The notes under the pieces are model-generated. The model did no database searches, was not told where the DNA came from, and was given only the letters and a program-made list of their open reading frames with translations. The position numbers were made by a program, and so were the translations under genes. A DNA stretch of 64,000 bases, from the NCBI GenBank assembly GCA_977030845.1, contig OZ365110.1:10540001-10604000 (forward strand). Direction: 5' to 3'. Positions 48,130 through 60,039 of the stretch are shown piece after piece; position 1 is the first letter of the stretch, and every line of letters starts with the position of its first letter. The stretch comes from Fimbriosthenelais zetlandica (Eukaryota).

Positions 48130-48376
48130 TGGCCCGTGTCCACGAGGCGACAAAATACACATTTTTTGTAGCTGAGCGCCAAAAATGCTGGCTTTTGTAG
48201 CTGTATGAAAAAGACACAAATTATTGATGAACAAAATGATTACTAATAGAAAGTCGCTACGTGAGCCTGATTTCTCAGCGAATTAGTGCTTAATTAGGTC
48301 GGCGCCAATGTTAGGGTCATCAAAAGTTAATTAGGTCATGTCGCTGACAATTTTGTCGCCTCGTGAACACGGGCCA
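48130..48376. mobile_element. PIF/Harbinger-type MITE (copy 2 of 13672-13924)
   Basis: Same TIRs, TTA on both sides. Differs from copy 1 mainly by a 6-bp deletion and a few substitutions. Confidence 0.9.
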
Positions 48377-48939
48377 TTACTAATACACCTTTAGGAGAGG
48401 TTTTTGGTGTGAAACGTTTGTGTATTTCCCACTTCTGCCTCCTTTTCCCTTTCACGTCTTTCTTTCCTACTACTAGTACTACTCACCTCTATTTCTCGTC
48501 ACTGTCCATCCTCTTCTCTTCCACTCTCATAATTATGAATCTTTCTCCCTTTCCCCCCACGATAATTATTCCTTTCTCTCCCCTCTAGAGCTGCCTTAAT
48601 TTCTCTTCAAACTTAGGCCTATACCTATCCCTATCCCTCTCTATTTTCTCCATCTCCATCCCCATGTATTCTCCCCAGCAAGATGATTGACACCTAGATA
48701 TATTATATTTCAGATCATTAAAAACATCTCTCCCTTCACTCTCCCACTTCGTCATGCTATCTCCGTTTGTCTCCCTGTCTGTCACACTCTCTATAGGCTA
48801 CATCCCTGACCCCTTTTACTCTGGCATTTATATAGTCATATTGATTAAATAAATCACCAATATACGAGTTCCTGGTGTAGTCATGTCGACTATACAAATG
48901 ACTGCCTAATTGCCATTAGGTGTGCTTTGATGAGTTTAG

Positions 48940-49210
48940 GCTTTTTTTTCTTTCTTTTTTTTCTAGTTAGAATTTTTATAGAGCCTGTTATGGGTGAATA
49001 CCAGCTCACACTCTTGAGTACAAAAGTTTCTCGTATGATTTTCAGCTGGGGGCTCTTTCTATGTGCATTACTACATTGCCTTCTGTGCAATGGATATTTC
49101 TAGGTGCATGTGCTCTAGAACATATATACACCAACACCCTGAGGAGGGAGGCATTGGAAATGCCTTGGACAGCTCGGGGGATTGAACCGCCGACCCTTCG
49201 ATCATTGGTC
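48940..49210 (-). mobile_element. tRNA-derived SINE, 5'-truncated, reverse orientation
   Basis: Reverse complement of the 27827 copy from GACCAATGATCGAAGGGTCGGCGGTTCAATCC to the A-tail. It explains the paired spurious ORFs 49061..49387 and 27859..28134. Confidence 0.9.
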
Positions 49211-51109
49211 GTTGGCTTGGAAGTTGGAACTCGATATTACCCTCTTAAGGATTTCCGGCGAGAACTATACACCATCAACAGTATATTTTCGGCTTATTCA
49301 GGTAGAGCAAGGCCTAGCAATATAAGAAACCAGAAATTGCAAACCTTGATCGCAAATAGTATGTTTTGTTCCCAAAGCCACAGGTAAACTTATGTGAGAG
49401 TTTACTATCGCTTTGCGATGCTACTGTATCCTCTATAAAGAAGTAGATTATAAAAACTTTGCATCGGTGTTCACATGTTTATGCTGTGAAACTTTTTATA
49501 ATATGATTTTCTATTTTCAAAAATAAAAAATCCTTACGTTTATTATCTTATTATCTCGTAGAACATCAAATCGCAGGAAATTCCTACGTAATTTTCTACG
49601 AGCTCTCGCTGGGCCTCTAACAACTGAAATGCCGCGAGCGAAAAAATGCTGCGAGGGGTGTCATATAATTACTGGGGGATGTTCCATTAGTTCCAACGAA
49701 ACAAGTGATGTGCAAGTGGTAGTCAGCTAGCACTCGTTGGACTGCTCGCAGAATTTTCTCTGCGATTTTATTTTCTACTAGACTTGGCCAGAGAGCGCTC
49801 GCTGAAGTTATGCAACGGGGTCGTTGAAGTCTTTCTGAGAAAGGCTGGGTTTTGGGCATCGACCGGCAGCCCAGAGCACTGTAGGCCTACATGTGCATTC
49901 TATGTAGGCGTCCATTTTTCCATAGATCACCTACAAAAGAGCACTATATAGCTCAGCTGACAGCATGTAGCTTACATCGTATTAAATACAATGGATGGGA
50001 AGCCATTGTTAGTACCTATTATATTCTGCATAATACCGGTACCACATGAACTCCGTTCCACGTGCTAATTGGAAATAATTTTAAGGAAAATTTGTTTGCG
50101 GATATTTCAATAAATGGACGGCCATGATAACGCCTTCTATCTAAAGCCTAATTAACTCTAGTAATTGGCTTAATGTTCGAGATCGCATATCACGAACATT
50201 GACAATAAGTGTCCTACCTGCAGACGAGCCTAATTGGTTTAGGCATATAGAAATTCATATGTGTATAAAGGTTGGAGCGGGGGATGGAGAATGGTGGTGC
50301 ACTATTCCACATCGAGTGTAGGCCTACTTCTCTCGTGCCGTGCAAAGATGACGCTGTGAAAATCACTTTTCTGCAGCATCTCTCCGCCAGAACATCCAAT
50401 ATAGAGCTCACCTCTCTGCCAAATACGTATATAATCATACAGGCTCTGGACCTACAACAGGTAACGTTTACTTCTATTCTCTTCTTTTACTCCACTGTCT
50501 GATGAAATAATTGTATAAATTCAGACAAAAAGGTTCCGTAATATTATGTAATCCAACTTTTACAGAAATATTTAAGCACAGTTTTGTCGGGTTGGCATAA
50601 ATTTTTCTTAGAATTGATAAAAAGTGAAAAAGGAGAGATACTGTTCGAAAGACTCATGCCAGGATGTTTTTTTCTAGGTCACAAAGACATTCGATCGCTA
50701 TTTTTGCTGTTTCAGCCAAGCCCGTTTTGGGAATTTCTTTTTGAACATATAAATTTATTCAGGAGGATTGCATCACAATAAAAACACATGACAAGTCAAA
50801 ATCAGGACCAAGGTCCTGATGTTCCTTTGGCTTCCTGACCAAAAATAAAATTTGCGCGGTAACTGACTAAATTAACATTTAAATTTAAATTAACATTTAA
50901 CATCTAAATTTAATGATATAAGAATGCACTTTAATGCATGAAATTAGAATATAATTGTCATAATATGTCGTTATTATTATAACATGTAATCTAGCACATA
51001 CATGTATTCTATTCCAGGAGTAGCCCTAATTTCTTATTCAATCTAATACTAGATTTTTAATGTTTACAGGGAAAGACAAGTGTAGGCATAGCCTATACCT
51101 GCAGTGAAG

Positions 51110-53016
51110 ATGAACAGTACAAGTAATGGTAGTAACGTTGGGGACACTGAGCTATCCGTGGCTGATATGGTCATTGAATCGTGTGTATTATCTACCATTA
51201 TTCTGGTGGCTTTATTAGGTAATGGTTTGATCCTTTCCTATAACATCCTCACCAAGAGAAGAAACTTGTTGAACCCAATTGACATCCTCATACTCAATTC
51301 AGCCCTGGCCGATTTTATCGCCACTCTAAGCGTATACCCTGCTCAGGTAAGATTTATTCAATAATAGGTTTGAAGATTGTGAGTATACAGTCATGGACAT
51401 GTATCATTAAGTTAACATCAGTAAAGCCTGGAGCACACTAATCCGATTCTCCATCCAGTTCGATCCGATAGCTGTCCCAAACTATATTTCTATTCACGCC
51501 AAATGCTTGTGATTTGAAAAGACCATTACACTCATGTTAGGCGAACCATTGACGAAATATCAATCATTGGATATCAATAGAAATGGGGATTAGTGTGTTC
51601 TAGGCTTAAGTCTGCACATAGTGATGTTAAGGACATAACCGTTTCATTTTAATATAGATGTATGGGGTACTGATGCAGTCGTGGAAGTTGGGTGAGTTGA
51701 GCTGTCGAATTGTCTACATGATTGGATTTGAGAGCATCGCCACTTCTGTGAATTCCAATTTCTTGATCAGCATCTTTTGCTTGTACACTTGCATTCTTCG
51801 ACCTCAAGCCGTCATCCGTGTAAAACACGCGCTCTATCTGACCATCGCGTTATGGCCTTATACATTTTTTTTGGCACACCACAGTGTCCTTACTGGGCAT
51901 GTTGATATTGCATTTGATGACCAGATCATGTATCTTTGCTGGGCCGGTCGCGACAAGAACTTTCACAGGCTTTTATTACAGTCAGTATTGCCCGTAGGTT
52001 ATATACCAATAATCCTCACTTGTGTCACCTATGTTATAATTTTTGTTAAGATAAAATCGCTGACTTTTCACATGAACCAGGGAACTAATGTGAAGTTAGC
52101 TCACTGTACTCTGGGTATTATTGTACTCTATATGATTTGTTACATGCCAAGCTTGATTCTCAAACTGTCAGGTTTGGACAGACTTTCACAAGTTTGGGTC
52201 AAAATACTTCGATATTCGCAGTATCTTCTCTATTCAAATGCTGCTTGGAATCCTCTCTACTATCTCTACAGGATGAATTATTTATTCCCTCCATGGGTGA
52301 GGAATAGTTTAACGAGAAATGTGGTATCGGTGGCTTATGGAACAAATGAAGCGCTTGGTGTGAATAGCCAGCCAGGAGGCAGCAGGTCTGTAACAGGGGA
52401 AGGGGTAGAGGGCATGGGTGTGACAGGTATCTCATGTATGACATGTAGACCTACTCTGACAGGTATTTCAGGTATGATAGGTAGACCTGCTCTGACAGGT
52501 ATTTCAGGTATGACAGGTAGATCTGCTGTGACAGGCATGTCAGGTATGACAGGTAGATCTGCTGTGACAGGCATTTCAGGTTTGACAGGTAGATCTGCTG
52601 TGACAGGCATTTCAGGTTTGACAGGTAGATCTGCTGTGACAGGAATCTCAGGTGTAACAGGTAGATCTGCTGTAACATGCATCTCGGGTATGTCACATAC
52701 ACCGGCTGTGACAGGCATCTCAGTTATGACAGGTAGACCGGCTGTGACAGGAATATCAGGTATGACAGGTAGACCTGCTGTGACAGGCATCTCAGGTATG
52801 GCAGGTAGATCTGATGTGACAGGCATCTCAGGTATGGCAGGTATAACTGATGTGACAGGTATCTCTAGTACTAGTGGTAGACCTCATGTGACAGGTATCT
52901 CAGATACGACAGGGATCTCGGTTTTGACAGGTAAGCCAGATGTACCTGGTGCAATTGGTGTTAAGGCAGGCGTGCAGCATATAATGGTCAAAGAATTAAT
53001 AAAGTCGGATGAATAG
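51110..53016 (+). CDS. Class A (rhodopsin-like) orphan GPCR, 2 coding exons, 531 aa, long repetitive C-tail
   Basis: Exons 51110-51346 (|GTAAG) and 51658-53016 (TATAG|), phase 0. N-terminal NST/NGS sequons; TM1 LLGNGLIL, TM2 NSALADF, TM4 LWPY, TM6 ICYMP, TM7 NAAWNPLYY. No DRY motif. An upstream acceptor ending at 51069 implies a further 5' exon. Confidence 0.88.
51425..51606. mobile_element. PIF/Harbinger-type MITE in the GPCR intron
   Basis: AGCCTGGAGCACACTAATCC...GGATTAGTGTGTTCTAGGCT with TAA on both sides. Confidence 0.85.
52420..52935 (+). repeat. Coding 36-bp minisatellite (TGISGMTGRSAV, ~14 units) in the GPCR C-tail
   Basis: Visible in the DNA (GTGACAGGCATCTCAGGTATGACAGGTAGATCTGCT) and in the translation. 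Confidence 0.95.
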
Positions 53017-53789
53017 AGTAAGATGACCAGGGGAAAGTTATTTTTCAAAATAGACAATGTAGTGGCGAAATAGTAAAAGAAGTTAAGATACTGGGTAACA
53101 TAATTATTAAATATTAGGTAAATTGAGCAAAACGTATACAGTGCATGCTGTGATTAAATCGTCTATAAACCGACCAAGAGCCTAGCCTATAAGGAGGACA
53201 TAAGGATGTTGACATCGCATTGATTTCCCCCAACAGTCTCCTGGTTTCGGCAAGAGAGGAGGCAAATGTTTTGTGTTGTGAGGTTTCTTAGGGTTTATGT
53301 TGCAGGAAACTTTTACAATAAAATCTTTACATGGTCTGACCATGTCAAGATTTATAAATAATTTTCTGAATACTATATATTTCTAAATACAATAGGGTCT
53401 ACATAATTATACTGGGTATCTTCTGACATATTATGTAATGTTAATCATTATTAAATAGATATTATGATAACTATACTTATGACACCAGCAGGGATAAAAG
53501 TTAAGCTATAGCTATGGCATATAGATCATATCTCAGGTATCTCAGGTTTAAATTATAGTCAGTCTTTTTGTTAAGATATCTCAGTTAATCCAGATAATCT
53601 CCAGTACAATGCAATGATTAAATAGAAGTTAAATCGACGTGACATATTGTAAAATTTGTTATTAGTAAACGGAACTTTGGATATATTGAAACATAATTGG
53701 AAGTCTGTGTTAATTATAGCAAGGATAGTAGAGTTACTATTGTAAATAGAGTATCCTTGATTATAGTACGTAATCAGTATTAATAAAGT

Positions 53790-54000
53790 ATGACAGGTAT
53801 CTCATGAGTCTTAGTCGATGACCTGCTGTGACAGACATTTCATGTATTGCTGGAGGACCTACTGTGACAGGTATTTCAAGTATTACTGGAAGACCAGCTG
53901 TGACAGGTATCTCAGGTATTACTGGAAGACTTGATGTGACAGGTACGTATCTCAGTTATTACTGGGAGACCAGCTGTGACAGGTATCTCAGGCATTACAA
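53790..54000 (+). repeat. Degenerate non-coding second array of the 36-bp GPCR-tail repeat (~5 units)
   Basis: GCTGTGACAGGTATCTCAGGTATTACTGGAAGA units, with a stop and a 4-bp frameshift. Confidence 0.8.
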
Positions 54001-54431
54001 ATAGGCTTGGCACCATTATACACAAGAAGGCATAATTTGTTACTCATTCACAGAATGTAAAATATTGTCAAAATATTGTGATAAATATGTAACAGTATTA
54101 TTATGTAACAGTAATACTAGATAGATTATTAGATTTTGAGACAGAACTTAAGGCCCATATTCTGAGATCTGTAATTTTAGTTAGAGATCTCAGATTCTAA
54201 AAAGGTCAATCGCTAACCACTGTTGCAACGCGCTGGGTCCTTCCTATATATTATTTCGCCCAATCAGTTTCAATTCATTGTACCGATGTTCTGATGGTGT
54301 ACCCCATGTACCCAGCCTATGATGTATGACTGATTTTGTGAACAATTGGTAATGAAATAAAAAGAAGGAGAATTTAAAAAAAAATATATATATAGTTGCC
54401 TTGGGTAATTATGTATTTCAAAACACGAAAG

Positions 54432-54470
54432 ATCATTCCTTGTCAGTGAAGGAGGGCCCTGATAAGGGCC
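54432..54470 (-). terminator. Histone-type 3' stem-loop plus HDE-like element (copy 2)
   Basis: Sense strand: CCTAAACAAAAA-GGCCCT-TATC-AGGGCC-CTCCTTCACTGA-CAAGGAATGAT. The stem-loop is at 54470-54455, 51 nt after the stop codon. Confidence 0.75.
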
Positions 54471-54521
54471 TTTTTGTTTAGGTAGGTAGTGACGCAACAG
54501 CTACAGTTTGTGACGAGGTCA

Positions 54522-54845
54522 TCAACCCTCCAGATCAGCGTCACAAACGTCCTGCCAGTCGATGTCATACTTGTCTAGCAGATCGTCCTCCATAGCGTCC
54601 AGTTGATCAGCGCTATTTTCTGCATACTGTGTAAACATGTCCCTCACACCCTCCAGGGTGAGAATGCGCAGTCGCAGGTTGTAGCGCAGTGTTTTTCTGT
54701 CGTCGCGGAGGGCGCGCTGGTAACGAGCGTTGATGGCCCGGATGTTGTTGTTCATCAGTATCAGCTGACGACAGACGCGGTTAAAACGACGTTCCATGAC
54801 GTGCATCTTCTGGATCATTTTAACAGCTCCCTGTGAAGATTCCAT
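54522..54845 (-). CDS. Intronless 107-aa uncharacterised helical protein (copy 2)
   Basis: About 12 nt differences from copy 1 over 324 nt by manual alignment; 5 are amino-acid changes and all lie outside the central RQLIL...TQYAE core. Confidence 0.8.
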   Translation of the reverse strand: MESSQGAVKMIQKMHVMERRFNRVCRQLILMNNNIRAINARYQRALRDDRKTLRYNLRLRILTLEGVRDMFTQYAENSADQLDAMEDDLLDKYDIDWQDVCDADLEG

Positions 54846-55122
54846 GGCAACTTCTGATAGGTTTGAGACAAGGTGCAAAAGAAAAGATTCTAGGAAATGA
54901 AAATCTCAATGAGAGTTTCTTCTGGGTCAATTCAAACCTAATTGTCAATGTGGTAGTGGGAGGATTCTGTCTCTTTGCTGATCCAAGAATGTAATGGCGT
55001 AGAAGGCAGTAGAATATTTTGTTATAGAGTAGAATATGACTAATTATTGGTTGTTGTAATGTTTGCTGATTGAGCAGCCGTTGAGCAGAAGACAAGTTCT
55101 GTCTGCTAACCACATTGTCTGG

Positions 55123-55270
55123 TGTATTTATATGCCACAAGGTGACGCCCTCGTCACTCAGGCGGATGTCGCGCGAATGATTAACACATGTGATGTCAAG
55201 ATCACACTCTCTCAATTTTAGCGATTAGTCTCAGTGATGAACAGACTTGATGGTCGTCGCGCGACCGTCA
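55123..55270 (-). promoter_or_regulatory. TATA box and conserved upstream motifs of small-ORF copy 2
   Basis: TATAAATA on the minus strand (55132-55125). The CCCTCGTCACTCAGG..GTCGCGCGAAT block is shared with copy 1. Confidence 0.6.
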
Positions 55271-58200
55271 CTATAGGTTGTAACACCTATGAAGTCAGGA
55301 ACTAGCAATGAGTCACATGTCAAATGTCGCACTCAATCGCACGTTTTGCTAATAGTCAGTGTAGCTAAGCTTTGGTTGAATCGACTTGAAGTTGTCGGGT
55401 GACGGTCGCTATATGTTACAGTAATACACATTCACTTACAAGAACTAAATGCTATAAGAAATACTTTGAAAGACATCTATCAGCCATCGGAAACAGAAGC
55501 AAGGATTTCAAAGGAGGTTATAATAAACCACATGTTTTGCTTTTGGACAAACATAGTGCATTTTTTCCTCGATTTCTTCGGGTAAGAGAAGTAAGTTCAT
55601 GTCTGAAGATAGCTTGCAAAGATTCATTGATAGAATGAAAGGATGTTGTTTTCTAGTGAGCTAAATAATAATAATAAAAAATTAAAATGTGACATGCAAG
55701 AAACTGGTTATATCCGTCTACATGTGTAGTCCATATTAATTCTTTTTAGGTCGACACAAAAATGTGAGTATCAATTAATAATTAACTGGTTAGATCGTGC
55801 TCCCAGTTTCCTCTTGCATCGATTGGATCATTCTAGAGAATATGCGATCATGAAACTGGGTAGAAACATGAATGGGCTCCAGACCCCCCGACCCCAACTC
55901 TGCAGTCTATTCCCCGCATTAAATGTTATATACACGCGAGTGGACAATTAAGGTGAAAAAATAAAACCATCCAAAACAAGGCAGATTGATTAATAGGATA
56001 GAAATAAAGAAATTGTAGTTCTTCTATCCCTGATGAACAGTCTATCAAAATAATCTGTGAGATTGGAGAATATCTATTCAGGTTCTGCGATCAATGGGAG
56101 TGGGTCTTGCAACTTTACAAAAGTGTAAACTGAATCAACAGAAATTGCAACGGAACCTCAATAATCATTATGGCAAATACTAGGGATAGCTAATCCAGAA
56201 TACGAAACAAGAAAGTAACTCAAAAACATGCATTTGGAAGTGAAATTATTCACGCCACATCACAATTTATGCTGATTTGTAAAATGCGGATCCATAACAT
56301 TTTTCCGGTTATCATAAACAATTGCAAAAATGGACCCTCATCATTAATAACAGCCAAAGATTAAAGCTTACAATTTAATAAAATTTCATGAAAATATAAT
56401 AAAATACCTGAAAATAATGTAATTTGCTTTGAACTATTGCATCTCTATAAAGTGCACGTGAACGGATATAATGCTTGGCAACCATCGTTCCTCTAAGATA
56501 CTATTTATCCATGGCTATAATGCATTAACGGTTAGTGAAATGGGGCTTTTTAATGATGTATAACGCATAATTTGTTGTTAGTGACGACGAACAATTTCAC
56601 CACACATGTGATGCACTTCGCGGGGTCGTTGCTCGCGGGAAAGCAGAACCGAACGCGCATATATCATTAGAACAATAGGCTTAGCTAGGAAGACATTATT
56701 AATATGATATGATAGAGGGAAGTGTAATGCATACTGTATGCATTTCCTTAAGCTGGGTCATAAACTCCAAGGAAATGGTTTTGCTATCGTTTGTAAGTTG
56801 TAAATACATGAATGCTTATAATCATAGACATAAAGGAGATGTCTATGTTATAATGTAGTTGCTTAGAGTTGGAAGTGAATTATCAAATCCCCATGGCACA
56901 TTTGGTTCATTAGTTAATTATATATTGTAGGCCCTACAATTTGGGATTGTTTGTTATGATAACCATATAGTGCCACACAAGATCAATGTGCGATTTCGTA
57001 AGCTACATGGGTATAGTTATCAAAAGCAGCTGCAAATTTGCCAATAAAGCGAATACATTGTGATGATTGCCTTTGATTATTAACAAATAATAATTTTTTT
57101 CTTTCTGTTTATCATATCCCAACCTCAATACTGTACAGTGGATTCTCATTTAACGATCAATTCACTAAAGCGACCATTCCAGTAGCCGACCACTAAAATG
57201 ATCAGAACCCAGTGTTTCAACATCCAATATGTATGTTTTATACATACTCACTAAAGAGACCATCCAGTAATACGACTGCAATTAGTTCATTCGGATCTTG
57301 AGTGGTCTCATCAGTGAGATTTCACTGTACATACAAGGTCATCCCTTTCAGATCTTTCTTTCTCTCCTTGCCCTTGGCCACCAATGTTGTGTCTGCGACA
57401 TTACACGCATGTGTGGATCTAAGTGGAAGGAAATGCAGCCGAGCATGGCGGGGCAAGAGGTGGGAGCGTGGCAATGTTTATTAGGAAAGTAACAGTTACT
57501 AACGTATACCAATAAGGAAGGCTGAGGTCTGGGATGATCAATACAATAGGCCGTATCGATCACAACCTGTGGCTGTGGTTTGATCTTTCAGGCAGGCTTT
57601 GTTAGTGGTAAATTATACCTGCCAGGCTTATATAATTTTATCTCATAATGATGGGTTGTTTCAAACGCTGGCCGGTAATTCACTAATTGATGATGTAATA
57701 ATGTATGTAATTATTGCTTGGATTTGTATTGCTCATATAAACATGTCTTAATAATTGTACCTCCAATCTGATAATTACATGTAAATACCATATATGTGAC
57801 CTGTTTTCATGAAATGAGTCTAAAGTCGCAAAAATGAGATTTGGAGTTAGGTACACATTCGTATAGTGCATATTATGAGCTTTTCAATGATATATAGTAA
57901 AATAGGTGAAAAATAGTTATATTTTAAAAACAATTTCAAAGAATAAAAGTAGTGACTGCAGAAAATACCCATTTCAGACAATTCTCTGTCCAACTGGAAG
58001 AAATAGTGAATGGACAAGACGCACAAAGTTGAACTTTTCTCAATTTCACTCACAAAAATAGTAAAAATATCGTATCCTTGCTTTTAAGGTGAAAATGCTG
58101 AGAGAAATAAGTAAGTTTGTTTAGTTTACAACGCTTTCAGGCCTGAAGCTCCGATTAACCTGGTGCGACGTATGTTAGACTCATTTCATGAAAACACATC

Positions 58201-60039
58201 ACATATGAGAAACATTATTGTAGAAATGATTGACTCAGTGGTTTAGTGTCACGGCTTGCCCAATAGCCCAGGGCAAGTAATTTCACCTGGCGGGCAAGTC
58301 ATTGTTATCCTAGGTGGCCCCCTCTCAGTCAAAACATCGTTTTTATCATCAAATTACGAGCGATTTTCTTGATGGATAATTGACGTAGACCTGTATTGCT
58401 CATATTAACATATCTTAATAATTGTACCTCAAATCAGGTAATTAAATACGGGTACCGTAAAACGGGGTTACTTTGGCCCACTTTTTAAATAATTTTCTCA
58501 AATTCCCTTATTATTCATGTTCCAATAATATAATACTTTATGTCAATATTGAGCCCCCTGATACTGTTATCAAACCCTATATGCATATTAAACGATATGT
58601 CTATGGGAGCTATGTACCGGTACCATTTATGAAAAAGTATTATTGCAGAAGTGATTGGTTTTTAAAATGGCTTGCCCAATTGCATAGGGAAAAAATAATT
58701 TCACCTGGCAGGCAAGTACCCTAGGTTGCTCTACTCGGAAGTGAAACTTGGTGCTCAGTCGACACACTCAAATTTAGAACCGAAAATAGTTTGAAATATT
58801 TTGGCAGTACAAGATCGTAATTAAGGACCATAAATCAATGAGCTAGTTATTCTACTCTAGAAACCGTAGATCACTTTAATGGTAGGTGCTTATGGCTCAT
58901 CCGATCGCCTATAGCAGATCGGCTCTATACCAAGGGACGAGATTACATTTAATCAATATAATTATATTGATCTGCCTCTAATTAACCTTATTATAATTAA
59001 CTGACGTTAAAACTCTAATTATCGCCATAGTAGGGGCAGGCATAATTAAGCATTCATTACCAACAACACATTTAAATGGCCAGGTATCGAGGGTCAGGGA
59101 TTGAGGCTATCAAGTTGATCTGACCAAGGAGATATAGAGTAGCCTATAGAACGAGGTATTCTAAACATGTACTTTGCTGCTGTGACCAATGGGATATAGG
59201 AAGCAAATCGTAGGCCCGGGGCAAATTCACTAAACAATATATCAAATGACATTGGATCCATTATAATACCCATTGATCATTGTTTTAATATTATGAATCA
59301 TGTGTTAATTCATGTGTTATTATCAATATAATTAATATATTCCCCATCCCAAACTCCTTGCACAAATTCCAAGAATAATGACTGTATGCCTATTGAAGTG
59401 ATAATGTGATTTTGGGTAAAGATTGGGCAATATGAATCTTGAAGAATGTAGAATGATCATATACCGTATACAAGGCAAAATAGGATCCCCTCACCCCCAC
59501 CCCCAATCAAAGCCGTTACTATTATTATCGACCCCACTACCCCCAACCCCTCTTCCTACATTCGTTATAAAGGTACTAGGGTTTACATCATTGCCATTGG
59601 TTTATCCACACTTAACACTTCCTGATCAGCCCAGCAATATAATAGTGAAAATCAACTATCATGGTGAGCATGGCTCAGAGTGACCCATATCAATATTTGA
59701 ATACGGTAAGGCTACCGTAACAATGGTCATTATACTATCCCTCGTATCAGCTGTTCATAGAATTATGCTTAGGTCGTGATATCAGGATATATATAGCGAG
59801 AAATATTTTGTAATGTGCACCGCTCTCCTGATATCAATTTTCTGATTCATAATAACGTTACTTGGAGTTGTAAAGATTTTTTTAATTCTTTTTCCTAATA
59901 CCGGTGGTAAAATATTAGGCATATTCGAGAAGGGAAAAAAGACAACATCATAATTATTTCGACAAAGATGTTAAATTTTAAAAGCTTACCTACCTGATGA
60001 TTATTGTGCGGTTTCTAGATTGGGCTAAGACACAGATAT

